DNA of 64,000 nt, taken from NCBI GenBank assembly GCA_963817895.1, contig CAWFQB010000003.1:288001-352000 (forward strand), in the 5' to 3' direction. The position numbers and the translations under genes are program-made. This DNA comes from an uncultured Chthonomonadaceae bacterium. GTDB lineage: Bacteria; Armatimonadota; Chthonomonadetes; Chthonomonadales; Chthonomonadaceae. The first letter of the stretch is position 1; the number at the start of each line of letters is the position of its first letter. Below are positions 22,084 through 31,896 of this stretch, piece after piece. The notes beneath the pieces are model-generated. The model saw only the letters and a list, made by a program, of their open reading frames with translations, was not told where the DNA came from and did no database searches.

Positions 22084-23605
22084 ATGATTAGCAATGCTGC
22101 CAGCGTCAACGCCATGCTGCCGATCATCATTATCATGGTGACGGGCATGGTTGTGCTTCTGGCGGATGCCTGCCTGCCGTTCTGGCGTCGCATGGGTATC
22201 CTGAGCGGCAACGTCAGCCTGATTGGGATCGGCATTGCCGCCGTAGTTTCTATTCTGCAGGTCAACGCCAACGAAGTCAGCCAATCGGCCTTTCACGGCG
22301 CGGTTGCCGCAGACACGTTCGGCGCGGCCTGTAACCTGATTCTGCTGACAGCGGCGACCGTCGCTGTGCTGCTCGCCCTGACGTATCTGGAAAACAAGCG
22401 TCTCAATCTGGGCGAGTATTACGCGCTCGTGCTGTTTTCCACATCCGGCGCGATGCTGATGGCGGCGGCAACCGATCTGATCGTGCTGTTTGTCGCGATT
22501 GAAATCCTGTCGGTCGCGCTGTACGTGCTGTCGGGATTTGCCCGAACGGAACAGCGCAGCGAAGAAGCCGCGCTCAAATACTTTCTGCTCGGCGCGTTTG
22601 CGGCAGGGTTTTTGCTGTACGGCATCGCCCTTGTCTATGGCGGCTCGGCGGGCGCGATGGCGGGCGGGGGCGGCACGACAAACCTGATCGAACTGGAACG
22701 CTTCCTGACCGGGGGCAGACCGCCCAACGTGATGCTGATTTCCGGCATTGCCCTGCTGCTTGTCGGATTGGGCTTCAAGGCGGCTCTGGTTCCGTTCCAC
22801 ATGTGGACGCCGGACGTGTATGAGGGCGCTCCCACATCCGTAACGGCGTACATGGCGGCGTCGGCTAAAATCGGCGCGTTCGCGGCGATTCTGCGCGTCT
22901 TCACCGCCTTAATGCCCATTTCCGATTATTGGCTGATTGCGGTTCAGGTTCTGGCGGTGCTGACGATGTTCGGCGGCAACATATCTGGCTGTCACGCAGG
23001 ACAACGTGAAGCGTATGTTAGCGTATTCGTCCATCGCGCACGCCGGGTATCTGATGGTGGCGGTTTCGGCGGCAACGGATCGTCGCGCAGGCGCGCGAAG
23101 CGCACAATGCGGCTCTGAGCGCGGCCGTGTTCTATCTGCTGGCCTATACCCTGATGACAATGGGCGCGTTTGCCGTGCTGATCTACCTGTCGCGGCGGGG
23201 CAAGGATTACCAGACGCTGGCGGATTTGAAAGGACTGGCGCGAAAAGATTCGCCCTCCGCGTACCTGATGCTGGTCTTTATGCTGTCGCTTGGCGGCATA
23301 CCCGTCGACAATGGGCTTCATCGGCAAGTGGTATATCTTCAACGCCACCCTGCAGGCGGGGCAGTTGTGGCTGGCGCTCGCGCTTGGCGTCGCCAGTATC
23401 ATTTCGATCTACTACTATCTGCGCGTAATCGGCATGATGTGCTTTCAGGAACCGGACGAGACGGGCGAACAGATTCACGCCACCGGCCCCTACCGGCGTT
23501 ATCCTGTCGCTTGCCATTACGGTTGGCGCGTCCCTGATATTCGGCATCGTGCCACTGTTCTTAAGTCCGTTACTGGCCGCCGCCACCAACCTGCTGCACC
23601 ACTGA
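22084..23605 (+). CDS. nuoN: NADH-quinone oxidoreductase subunit N (apparent frameshifts)
   Basis: SEEAALKYFLLG, FKAALVPFHMWTPDVYEGAP, KRMLAYSSIAHAGY, YYYLRV. Confidence 0.95.
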
Positions 23606-23729
23606 GAACGCGCAATGAACGCGCATTTCTGTGTCAACGAGGCAGCCCTGCGCTGTCTCGTTTGCTTTTTGGGTTATGGCGGGTTAGAATAAATCGGAAA
23701 GTCAAAATTGTACGTGAGGAGTCAGCTTT

Positions 23730-24107
23730 ATGAGTTCCAATGAGCAAATGGTGACGCGGACGCAACATCATGGGGAAATACCCGCGCGTTTGATTGGCAT
23801 GATGGTGTTCTTCATTGGCATCGGGATGTTGCTGCTGATATTCAAAATCGCTTATGGCCTGTTTACGGCATCTCCTGCCACTGCGCTGGGACTCAACATT
23901 ACGGGCGATCCGAAACACGACCCCGCCGCGATGCTGATCGGGCAGTCGTTCGGCTGGCTGATGATAAAGATCTTGCTGCTGTTCCTGATGAGCGTGGTTG
24001 CCTCCCTGACCGCGCAAAAAGGCGTCAATATGTACTTCAGCGGCGTACACGGCGGTCGGACGCATGAAGTGACAAAACCCGCTTCCTCCGCATCGGCAGA
24101 AGCGTAA
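23730..24107 (+). CDS. Small membrane protein (two TM helices)
   Basis: RBS GAGGAG; two hydrophobic segments. Confidence 0.65.
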   Translation: MSSNEQMVTRTQHHGEIPARLIGMMVFFIGIGMLLLIFKIAYGLFTASPATALGLNITGDPKHDPAAMLIGQSFGWLMIKILLLFLMSVVASLTAQKGVNMYFSGVHGGRTHEVTKPASSASAEA

Positions 24108-24193
24108 AATTGGGAACTACTCGCGCTCCTTGTCTCGTATTGATAGTTATAAGTAAGTAAATGGGCGTCGTTTGGAAAGGCAATACGGACAAG

Positions 24194-24547
24194 ATGAGAA
24201 TACAATCGAACATGCTGGTGCATTTAGGTTTTGGCAAATACGTGCGTTCAGACCGGGTAACGGCGGTACTGCCGATTGAGGACGAGCGCGGGCCGGGGCG
24301 CAGAACTTTCGTGCAGATTGAGGGCGCAGCCGATCCTCTGGTAGCCTCTCGCGCCGAAGATTCCATTATTCGCGATCTGGTGCAGGAACCCCGCGAAGTG
24401 ACGCAATCCCGGCAACAACAGGAGATTTTGCGCGACCTGCTTCTGGATCTGGCGCAGGTAAACGGAACCGTTCGCCGCATCTCCCGCGATGAGGGGCTAG
24501 ACCTGGAGAAGTACGAGCGCCGCATCCGCGAAGTGGTTGAGGATTAG
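24194..24547 (+). CDS. RemA/DUF370-like protein
   Basis: LVHLGFGKYVRSDRVTAV...GRRTFV...LVAS matches the RemA family pattern. Confidence 0.6.
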   Translation: MRIQSNMLVHLGFGKYVRSDRVTAVLPIEDERGPGRRTFVQIEGAADPLVASRAEDSIIRDLVQEPREVTQSRQQQEILRDLLLDLAQVNGTVRRISRDEGLDLEKYERRIREVVED

Positions 24548-24750
24548 TCTTATGGCGCTGCCGTTAAGCGTGTGCAGAGGGTGAGAGCAAACATCGCATC
24601 TACGTTGGCTGTTATGCTATCAGAACAAACGCTACTGTCCCACTCGAAATATAGCAGGGTATAAAATAAAATCCGCCGTCCGGTATCGTGACCGGGCGGC
24701 GGGTTGCGTTTGCGCGTGTGAGGCAGAGCAAACAGTATTTGAACGCTGTT

Positions 24751-26106
24751 TTATGCGATTAGATCGCGGATGGGCGTACCTTTTTCCGTGATGGAGATGG
24801 GACGGCCTACCGGGGTCATGAACGATTTGGCGGGGTTCATGCCGAGCAGAGTCGCTACCGTTGCGAAGAAATCCGCCGTTTGTACGGGCTTGTCCGCCAC
24901 TTTCAGGCCGTCCGCGTCCGTTGCGCCATAAGCCTGCCCGCCCCGAACGCCTCCCCCCGCCATGACCGCGCTCCACGCGCCGGGGAAGTGGTCCCGGCCC
25001 TCATTCGGGTTGATTTTCGGCGTCCGTCCGAACTCGCCCATCCAGATAATGAGCGTGTTGTCCAGCAGGTCGCGCTGTTTCAGGTCTTTGATGAGCGCCG
25101 CCATCGCCGGGTCGTAAATGCTCATCTGCTTCTGCGTCCGGTTGAAGTTATCCTGATGCGTATCCCATCCGTCCAACACCACTTCCACGAACCGAACGCC
25201 CAATTCGACCAGTCGCCGCGCCATCAGGCAGCCCTTGCCAAAATTCGTGTCGCCATACGCCGCCTTCACCGCGTCCGGCTCTTCCGCGATCTCGAACGCT
25301 TTCAATTTGGGCGAACGCATCAGTTTTACGGCTTTGGCGTAAACCGATTGCCGCCCCTTCACCTTGATGTCGCCGGTCTGCGCGGCAAAGTCGTTATCCA
25401 GCATACTCAGCGCGGATTGGCGCGTATCGAAGCGGCGGTCATCCACATTGCTCGCGTACTGCACATTGAGCAGGGGCTTATTGAAATCCTGCACCACGAG
25501 CGGGCCATACTGTACGCCCAAAAAGCCCGCGCTGTAACTCGGCCCCGAAATGCTCACGAAGTTGGGCATGTCGCTGTTCGGGTTGCCCAGTTCCTCGTTC
25601 ACCCACGCGCCCAGACTCGGATGCGTTACGGTCGGGTTGGGCGTGTAGCCCGTGTGCATGAGGTACTGCGCCCGCTGATGATTGCCCTCTTTGGTACTCA
25701 TGCTGCGCACAATCGCCAGATGGTCGGCCACATCCGCAATCTGCGGCATGTGTTCGCAAATTTCAATCCCGCTCGCCCGCGTCTTGATGGCTTTGAACGG
25801 CCCGCCTGTTGCCGCGCCCGGTTTCGGGTCCCACGTATCCAGATGGCTCGGCCCGCCGTTCATCCACAGCAGGATACAGTTTTTGGGTTTCGGCGCGCCC
25901 GCTTTGCCCAGCGCCTTCGCCATTTGCGGGTCAAGCAACTGCGCGAACAGCATGCTCATCAGCCCGCCAATCCCCAATTTCACAAACCCGCGCCGGTTCA
26001 AGTCCGCGCTCCACAAATCTATCGGGCCGGGGCAGCTCCCCCCGTTCTCTTCGCGCAATCGCGCTTCTTCCTGATCTTCCAGTTCGTCCAGTTCAGTGTG
26101 GTGCAT
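24751..26106 (-). CDS. DUF1501 domain protein (Tat-type signal)
   Basis: NRRGFVK, ILLWMNGGPSHLDTWDPKP, CLMARRLVELGVRFV, GWDTH, GEFGRTPKIN..GRDH. Confidence 0.9.
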   Translation of the reverse strand: MHHTELDELEDQEEARLREENGGSCPGPIDLWSADLNRRGFVKLGIGGLMSMLFAQLLDPQMAKALGKAGAPKPKNCILLWMNGGPSHLDTWDPKPGAATGGPFKAIKTRASGIEICEHMPQIADVADHLAIVRSMSTKEGNHQRAQYLMHTGYTPNPTVTHPSLGAWVNEELGNPNSDMPNFVSISGPSYSAGFLGVQYGPLVVQDFNKPLLNVQYASNVDDRRFDTRQSALSMLDNDFAAQTGDIKVKGRQSVYAKAVKLMRSPKLKAFEIAEEPDAVKAAYGDTNFGKGCLMARRLVELGVRFVEVVLDGWDTHQDNFNRTQKQMSIYDPAMAALIKDLKQRDLLDNTLIIWMGEFGRTPKINPNEGRDHFPGAWSAVMAGGGVRGGQAYGATDADGLKVADKPVQTADFFATVATLLGMNPAKSFMTPVGRPISITEKGTPIRDLIA

Positions 26107-26116
26107 GGGTGTTTTC

Positions 26117-28285
26117 CTAATGATTAAAAATGAACTCGCTGGAGTTGAGCAAGGCCCAGAACATGTCTTCGTAGGCTTGCGCTTCGGGCGTCTGGCTGAC
26201 GGCATTGGCGCGGGGCGCGAAGCGGGCCAGCGGATCATAGCCATTGTTATTGCCGGGTTTTTTGCGATTTTGCAGGGCTTGCGCCAGTGCTTTGCGGTCG
26301 GCGGGAGCGGTTCCCTGCGCGTTCGGGTTATTGTTATTTCCTGACGCAGCCTGCGCGTTATTGTTCAGTCCGAAACCGCCATTATTTGCGCCGTTGTTGA
26401 AGCGGGCGCGGCGACCGGCGGCAAAGGCGGGCGCGGGTTGGGGCGCGGTTTCCGCCGTTGTGGTTACATAGCGCGGCGCATGGATAAACTCCATCCAGCG
26501 GGCGGTTTCTCCACTTGTCGGCTTGCGCGACAGGGTGCGCAGGTACAACTCTTCAATTTTCGCCGCGTCACTCTCACTGCTTGCCAGCACATCGGCCAGC
26601 GCGGTTCCGGGAATGGGAGTCGCGCCCCGGTTCACCAAATTGCCGTTGAGCAGCATCAATGCCTGTGGGATCGTGCCCTCAAAATCCTTCTGCTCGAACT
26701 CCTCATCCACGTCGAACAGGAACGTGAACTGCTTCGCCATCGCGAACTTGATCTGATCCAGTCTGCCGCCCGCAACCCGTTCCAGCAGCGGCCCCATATT
26801 GGTCGCTTCCACAAGCGAGTCCATCAGTTCGTCGGGAGCCATCGGCATCAGGCGGTAATGCGCCCATAGTTTATTATCCAAATCCACCTTTTTGGCTGGC
26901 GCGGAAGAAATCTGATATACCTGCGTGGCGCAAATCTGCCGAATAAGATGTTTCAGGTCGTAATCGTTGGCGACGAAATCCGCCGCCAGTTTGTCCAGCA
27001 CGGCGGGCGCGACGACGGGATTGGACGGGCGAATATCGTCAATCGGCTCAATAAAGCCCCGGCCCAGGAAGTGGTTCCACATCCGGTTCACAATGGCTTT
27101 GGAAAACCACGCATTGTTGGGCGCGGTCATCCACTCGGCAAGCGCGACCCGGCGGTTGGGTGTGCCGGTAAAGTCGGTTCCATCCAGCGCGGTTGGCAAA
27201 GAGGCGGCGTACAGCGCGGTGTCATTAGGCTTTTTGGCCTTCGGGTTCACGCGCAACGGCGGACGGCGGGTTTCCACCAGATTTACCTGCCGAAGTTGGC
27301 CTTTCAGTTGCGCCTGTGTCAGCGTGGGGTCAACCGGAACCGGACGGGCGTTGATAAAGCAGGCCGTGAAGCGCCGAAAATCGTCCTGCTTCCACTTTTC
27401 GGTTTTGTGGTCATGGCACTGCGCGCACTGAATTTGCACACCCAAAAACAGTTTCGACGCCGTGCCGGACAGGTCTTCGGGTTTGCCCCGGAATTTCAGA
27501 GTCCAGTTGGTCGCGCCATTGACAGGCGCGGGCAGGGCGGCGGTTGTCACGGCTGCGCCATTCGTTCCCGACATGGAAGCGTCCATCATCTTGTCATCGC
27601 CCGCCATCATCTTATCCGCGCCGGGTGTTGCTTTCGCGCCACCGGGCAGGGTTGCGCGGTCAATGGCGTTGCCGCCCGCCTGCTGATTTTGCGCGAATGT
27701 TCCTGCCCCCTTTGCCCCATTGCGGCGCTGCATCGCGGCGGCCATGTTCGGGTTCGCGCCGGTCGGCTGCGGAACGCCCAGCGCTTTGGCGTAGCTGCCG
27801 CCCTCGCTGTTGACGCCCTGCGCGGAAATCAGGTCATACACGAACTTGTTCCAGTGCGCGTTCTGCTGAAATTCGCCGTGCAGCCACTGCTTGAAGGCCG
27901 AGCGATCCACGACCTGAGCATTATCGGTGCGGCCCTTGCCCATCAGAATGCCGTCCCAGTAGGTTGTCCAGTTGTCGGCGTATTTCGCGCTTGCCAGCAG
28001 CGCGTCTACCGCCCGCGCCCGTTTGTCCGGGTTTGTATCGGCCAGAAATGCGCGGACTGTCGCGGCGGGAGGAATCACGCCCACAATGTCAAGATACGCG
28101 CGGCGCAGGAACCGGGCGTCGTCTACGGGCGGAGCCGGGACAACGCCCTCCTTGTTCCATTCGCTTCGGATCATCTGGTCAATCTGTGATGGCTGCAACG
28201 CCGCTCTGCTTTGCGCGAAAGCCGGGTTCGTGGGGCAAAGGCTCAGGCCGGCCAACAGGCCAACCGCCGCATAACGAAGTCTCAT
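26117..28285 (-). CDS. DUF1549/DUF1553 (PSD1-type) protein with signal peptide
   Basis: DDARFLRRAYLDIVGVIP, LGVQIQCAQCHDH, VNRMWNHFLGRG, QALMLLNG, WALLNSSEFIFNH. Confidence 0.9.
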   Translation of the reverse strand: MRLRYAAVGLLAGLSLCPTNPAFAQSRAALQPSQIDQMIRSEWNKEGVVPAPPVDDARFLRRAYLDIVGVIPPAATVRAFLADTNPDKRARAVDALLASAKYADNWTTYWDGILMGKGRTDNAQVVDRSAFKQWLHGEFQQNAHWNKFVYDLISAQGVNSEGGSYAKALGVPQPTGANPNMAAAMQRRNGAKGAGTFAQNQQAGGNAIDRATLPGGAKATPGADKMMAGDDKMMDASMSGTNGAAVTTAALPAPVNGATNWTLKFRGKPEDLSGTASKLFLGVQIQCAQCHDHKTEKWKQDDFRRFTACFINARPVPVDPTLTQAQLKGQLRQVNLVETRRPPLRVNPKAKKPNDTALYAASLPTALDGTDFTGTPNRRVALAEWMTAPNNAWFSKAIVNRMWNHFLGRGFIEPIDDIRPSNPVVAPAVLDKLAADFVANDYDLKHLIRQICATQVYQISSAPAKKVDLDNKLWAHYRLMPMAPDELMDSLVEATNMGPLLERVAGGRLDQIKFAMAKQFTFLFDVDEEFEQKDFEGTIPQALMLLNGNLVNRGATPIPGTALADVLASSESDAAKIEELYLRTLSRKPTSGETARWMEFIHAPRYVTTTAETAPQPAPAFAAGRRARFNNGANNGGFGLNNNAQAASGNNNNPNAQGTAPADRKALAQALQNRKKPGNNNGYDPLARFAPRANAVSQTPEAQAYEDMFWALLNSSEFIFNH

Positions 28286-28412
28286 GCTGAAATTCCTTTT
28301 CAAAACGCTACGGGGGAGAAAAAGTAATATCTTGTTCCCATTGACGCAGTTATGGCTCAAGAGTTCACGCGAAGCGCGACCCTTCTGAATATTTTCGGTT
28401 TTTATTTGCCGC

Positions 28413-28477
28413 TTGACAGCCACTGTCACAAACATTATACTATCAAATGATCTATCAAAGCGCTTTGAACTACAAAG
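28413..28477 (+). promoter_or_regulatory. Sigma70 promoter with a downstream palindromic operator
   Basis: TTGACA(28413)-N17-TATACT(28436); CTTTG-AACTA-CAAAG palindrome at 28463-28477. Confidence 0.6.
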
Positions 28478-28624
28478 GGCTTGGCTGCGTATATGGAGGA
28501 AGGGATAAGGGATGAGCAGACGCCTGTAGTTTGCTGAATTTCACGTCCGAAGGACGTTAACGCGAAGGCTACGCAGACGGGTACGTTCTTTGTACCCGGA
28601 ACCGGTATTTAACTGTTTTCAGGA

Positions 28625-29287
28625 ATGGGGAAGCGGATGACGATGCTGGAAGAGTTTCGGGAGCCGGATTTGCCGCGCGATTTGCCGCCGCGAGAAATGA
28701 ATCCTTACGAGGCGGAAGAGAACCTGCGCGTGATTCGCGAGTTGATGGAGCGATCCACCAAATATTCGACGTTTTCCGGGCTGTCCGGTATTCTGGCGGG
28801 CGCGGCTTCGATTGTCGGATGTGTGGTCACGCATAGTCTTGCCAATCGCCCGCCCGAATCCGATGCGTTCCGCGTTCCCTTTCTGATGACATGGTCGCTG
28901 GTAATACTGTTCGCTATTGGGGCCGACTTTCTGCTGATGAAGCGGCGGGCGGCGCGGGTCGGCAAGCGCATCGTGTCGCGGCTTGGCAAGCAGATGGTGT
29001 TCGCGGCGGGGCCGGGACTTGGCACCGGCGTCCTCCTCACGCTGTATCTGCTTCAGCACAACATGCTAACCAACGTATATCCGTTCTGGATGCTGAGTTA
29101 CGGCATTGCCGTGTGCGCGGTCGGGCAGTTTTCGCAACGGGAAGTGAAGGCGTTGGGCGTGGCGTTTCTGCTGGCGGGTACGCTCACGCTGCTGATGCCG
29201 GGTTGGGGCTTGCCCCTTATGGCTCTTTCATTCGGTGGCTTCCATATCGTCTACGCGCTGCTGATTTCGCGCAAGGACGGCTGGTAA
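28625..29287 (+). CDS. Multi-pass membrane protein
   Basis: About six hydrophobic helices; LRVIRELMERS...SG..G and FGGFHIVY motifs; adjacent to an HTH regulator. Confidence 0.8.
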   Translation: MGKRMTMLEEFREPDLPRDLPPREMNPYEAEENLRVIRELMERSTKYSTFSGLSGILAGAASIVGCVVTHSLANRPPESDAFRVPFLMTWSLVILFAIGADFLLMKRRAARVGKRIVSRLGKQMVFAAGPGLGTGVLLTLYLLQHNMLTNVYPFWMLSYGIAVCAVGQFSQREVKALGVAFLLAGTLTLLMPGWGLPLMALSFGGFHIVYALLISRKDGW

Positions 29288-29308
29288 AGGGCAGGAGGCT
29301 GTAAATCC

Positions 29309-29704
29309 ATGACTGATACCATAACATCTTCGCCGCAACACTCCTCCCATGCCGCCGCTCTGGAAGCGATTGACACGCTCGACGATACGCTCAACCAGAA
29401 AGCGCGGATGAAAATCATGACCACGCTGCTGGCATTGGGCGAGGCGGATTTCAAGCTGCTGAAGGAAGAACTCGCGCTTTCGGACGGCAATCTCAGCACA
29501 CATCTGGCGCTGCTGGAAGAGCGCGGGTACGTGGAAGCGCGCAAGGAGTTCGTGCGCCGCAAACCCCACTCCTCGTATAAGCCAACCGACGCCGGACGCG
29601 CGGCGTTTCAGCGTTACATTGACGCCTTAATGCGTATCGTGCGGGCGGCAGGCACAGTTGATACCGCCATAGAAACCACCACAGCAAAGGAAATCGCCGG
29701 ATGA
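29309..29704 (+). CDS. Winged-helix transcriptional regulator (ArsR/MarR-like, HTH_34 type)
   Basis: RMKIMTTL...DFKLLKEELALSDGNLSTHLALLEERGYV..RKEF..RKP...T..GR.AF..Y. Confidence 0.88.
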   Translation: MTDTITSSPQHSSHAAALEAIDTLDDTLNQKARMKIMTTLLALGEADFKLLKEELALSDGNLSTHLALLEERGYVEARKEFVRRKPHSSYKPTDAGRAAFQRYIDALMRIVRAAGTVDTAIETTTAKEIAG

Positions 29705-30018
29705 ATCAACGCTATATGCTCCTGCAATCCTGGGAACGCGCAGCCTTAAACCGCTATGCGCGGCAGAGCGGTCTTCGTCTGCCCTCGGAGGGCGCGTTCT
29801 GGCACACATTTGGTATATTACTGCGTGACGCCCAAAGTGGCGACAATTTCGCGCCTTCACATTTTTCTAATCCAATCACGCGCCGCCAAACCTGCATCAT
29901 TACTCTTTCTCCGCCTGCAAAAATCGAAAACCGTCTGCACAGCCTGTTCGCCGAATGAACCCTCCCCCAAATTTCGCGTACTCTAACGTATCTCTGTCGG
30001 TATAGATGTGTGGGCGTT

Positions 30019-30052
30019 ATTCGCGTCCATTCGCGTGAATTCGCGGCTGAAA
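30019..30052. repeat. 10-nt periodic repeat half-element (ATTCGCGTCC type); inverted counterpart at 31631-31663
   Basis: ATTCGCGTCCATTCGCGTGAATTCGCGGCTG versus TAGCCGCGAATGAACGCGAATACACGCGGAT. Confidence 0.7.
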
Positions 30053-30076
30053 ACCGTGTGCAGGAGGGGAGTAACC

Positions 30077-30742
30077 ATGGTCGAGGATACGAATTCGGCG
30101 GCGACTGGCAGCCTGCCCCGCTTGAACGAACCCGCGCCGGACTTCACGGCGGAAACCACGCATGGCCCGCTTTCCCTTGCCAGTCTGCGGGGCAGGTGGG
30201 TCGTGTTGTTTTCACACCCCGCCGATTTTACGCCCGTCTGCGCCACCGAACTGGTAGATTTCGCCCGCCGTTACGACGAGTTTCAGCAGCTAAACACGCA
30301 GCTTGTCGGCCTAAGTATTGACAGCATTTATGCCCACATCGCCTGGGTACGCAACATGGAACAGAATTTCGGCGTTAAAATCGCGTTCCCGATTATTGCC
30401 GATATAGATACCCGCGTAGCGCAGTTATACGGCATGATCCATTCCGGCGCGAGCAGCACGGCGACCGTGCGCTGCGTGTTCGTGATTGACGACAAGGGCC
30501 TGACCCGCGCCATGATCTATTACCCCCTTACCATAGGCCGTAATGTGGAAGAAATCCTGCGTCTGCTCAAAGCGCTTCAAATAACGGACGCAAACGGCGT
30601 ATCCACTCCTGCCAACTGGCAGTCCGGCGACCCCGTCATCGTCCCCGCCCCCAAAACCCTCGACGGCGCGGACAAGCGCATGGCGAACACAGAACCCGGC
30701 GTAACTGCGCAGGATTGGTATTTCGCGCAAAAGTTGCTATAA
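30077..30742 (+). CDS. Peroxiredoxin (Prx6/1-Cys-like)
   Basis: FSHPADFTPVCATE, GLSIDS, YPLTIGRNVEEILR, TPANW. Confidence 0.93.
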   Translation: MVEDTNSAATGSLPRLNEPAPDFTAETTHGPLSLASLRGRWVVLFSHPADFTPVCATELVDFARRYDEFQQLNTQLVGLSIDSIYAHIAWVRNMEQNFGVKIAFPIIADIDTRVAQLYGMIHSGASSTATVRCVFVIDDKGLTRAMIYYPLTIGRNVEEILRLLKALQITDANGVSTPANWQSGDPVIVPAPKTLDGADKRMANTEPGVTAQDWYFAQKLL

Positions 30743-30841
30743 TCACCTGTGGAAACTATTTGTGGGAAAGGGCAGCCGGACACGATGCAGGATGCGGGAA
30801 ACGAGGGAACACAGGAACGACAGGCGCAGCGCGCGAATGGA

Positions 30842-31606
30842 ATGTTTGCCGAGGAGCGGCAGCAGGCCATTCTGGAGCAGTTGCGGCAGCAGGGGAAAGT
30901 CACGGTCGAGGAATTGACCATGACTTTTCGCGTGTCGTCGCCAACCATACGCACCGACCTGACCCGATTGGAAGAGCAGGGACTGTTGCGGCGGACGCAC
31001 GGCGGCGCGATTGCCGTCGGCACGACCCTGTACGAGCCGTCGTATGCCGAGCGTTCGGTACAGCGTCAGGCGGAAAAACGCGCCATTGCGCAAATGGCGG
31101 CAGGATTGGTGCAGGAGGGCGAAACGCTCATGCTGGACGCGGGTACGACCACGTATGAGATCGCCCGCCTGCTCAAAGAGTTTCGGCGTTTGACGGTTGT
31201 GACCAATTCCCTCGTATCGGCGCAAATTCTGGCGGAAAACGACGCGCTGGAAACCATTCTGATCGGCGGCGTGGTGCAGGCGCGGCGGTGCGCGGCACTG
31301 GGGCCACTGGCCGCCCGTTTTCTCGATCCCATTCAATGTGACCGGGCGTTTGTGGGCATGAGCGGCGTCCATCCCACTGCGGGTTTTACGGTCACAGACT
31401 TCGACCTCGCCCTCATCAAGCGCAAAATGCTGGAAAAAGCGCGGCAGGCGGTTGTCGTAGCGGACAGCAGCAAGATCGGGCAGACCGCGTTCGCCTGCGT
31501 TGCGGGACTGGACATTGCGGAACTGCTGATTACGGACAGCGGGCTTGGCGCGGAAGACCGTTGCGCATTGGAAGAAACCGGCCTGCGCGTCCTCACGGCG
31601 GGATAG
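30842..31606 (+). CDS. DeoR/GlpR family transcriptional regulator (start could be 30785)
   Basis: ERQQAIL, VSSPTIRTDL, RRTHGGA, LDAGTTT, VVTNS, ADSSKIG. Confidence 0.93.
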   Translation: MFAEERQQAILEQLRQQGKVTVEELTMTFRVSSPTIRTDLTRLEEQGLLRRTHGGAIAVGTTLYEPSYAERSVQRQAEKRAIAQMAAGLVQEGETLMLDAGTTTYEIARLLKEFRRLTVVTNSLVSAQILAENDALETILIGGVVQARRCAALGPLAARFLDPIQCDRAFVGMSGVHPTAGFTVTDFDLALIKRKMLEKARQAVVVADSSKIGQTAFACVAGLDIAELLITDSGLGAEDRCALEETGLRVLTAG

Positions 31607-31896
31607 CCACTATCCCATACAAAGAGGGAATTTAGCCGCGAATGAACGCGAATACACGCGGATGGCAAGCCGGTCATCAAAAGCATAATATTTTTCAAGA
31701 GAACTCGCTGTGTCTCTGTTTTGACACCGATTTGGACTATAATTACGTAAGGTGAAGTGGGAAACCTATTTTGCCGGATGGCCGCTGACGAAGATGTTGG
31801 CGGGAAGCGAGTTTTAATGGAGTGTTTACATCACGCGCCCGCTTGAACTCCCATCGAAAAACATACGACGGAACGCCCTGATTCGAGGAGGAATCA

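Noticed and set aside
4951..23605. Programmed frameshifting or pseudogenisation of nuo genes
   Set aside because: The indels are numerous and scattered, without consistent slippery sites, while the motifs are intact; sequencing error is more parsimonious.
24880..28189. Plus-strand ORFs of 415 and 413 aa
   Set aside because: Antisense to the well-supported DUF1501 and DUF1549/1553 genes.
29701..29958. 85-aa ORF overlapping the regulator stop
   Set aside because: No recognisable motif or typical composition; cannot be supported beyond the ATGA overlap.
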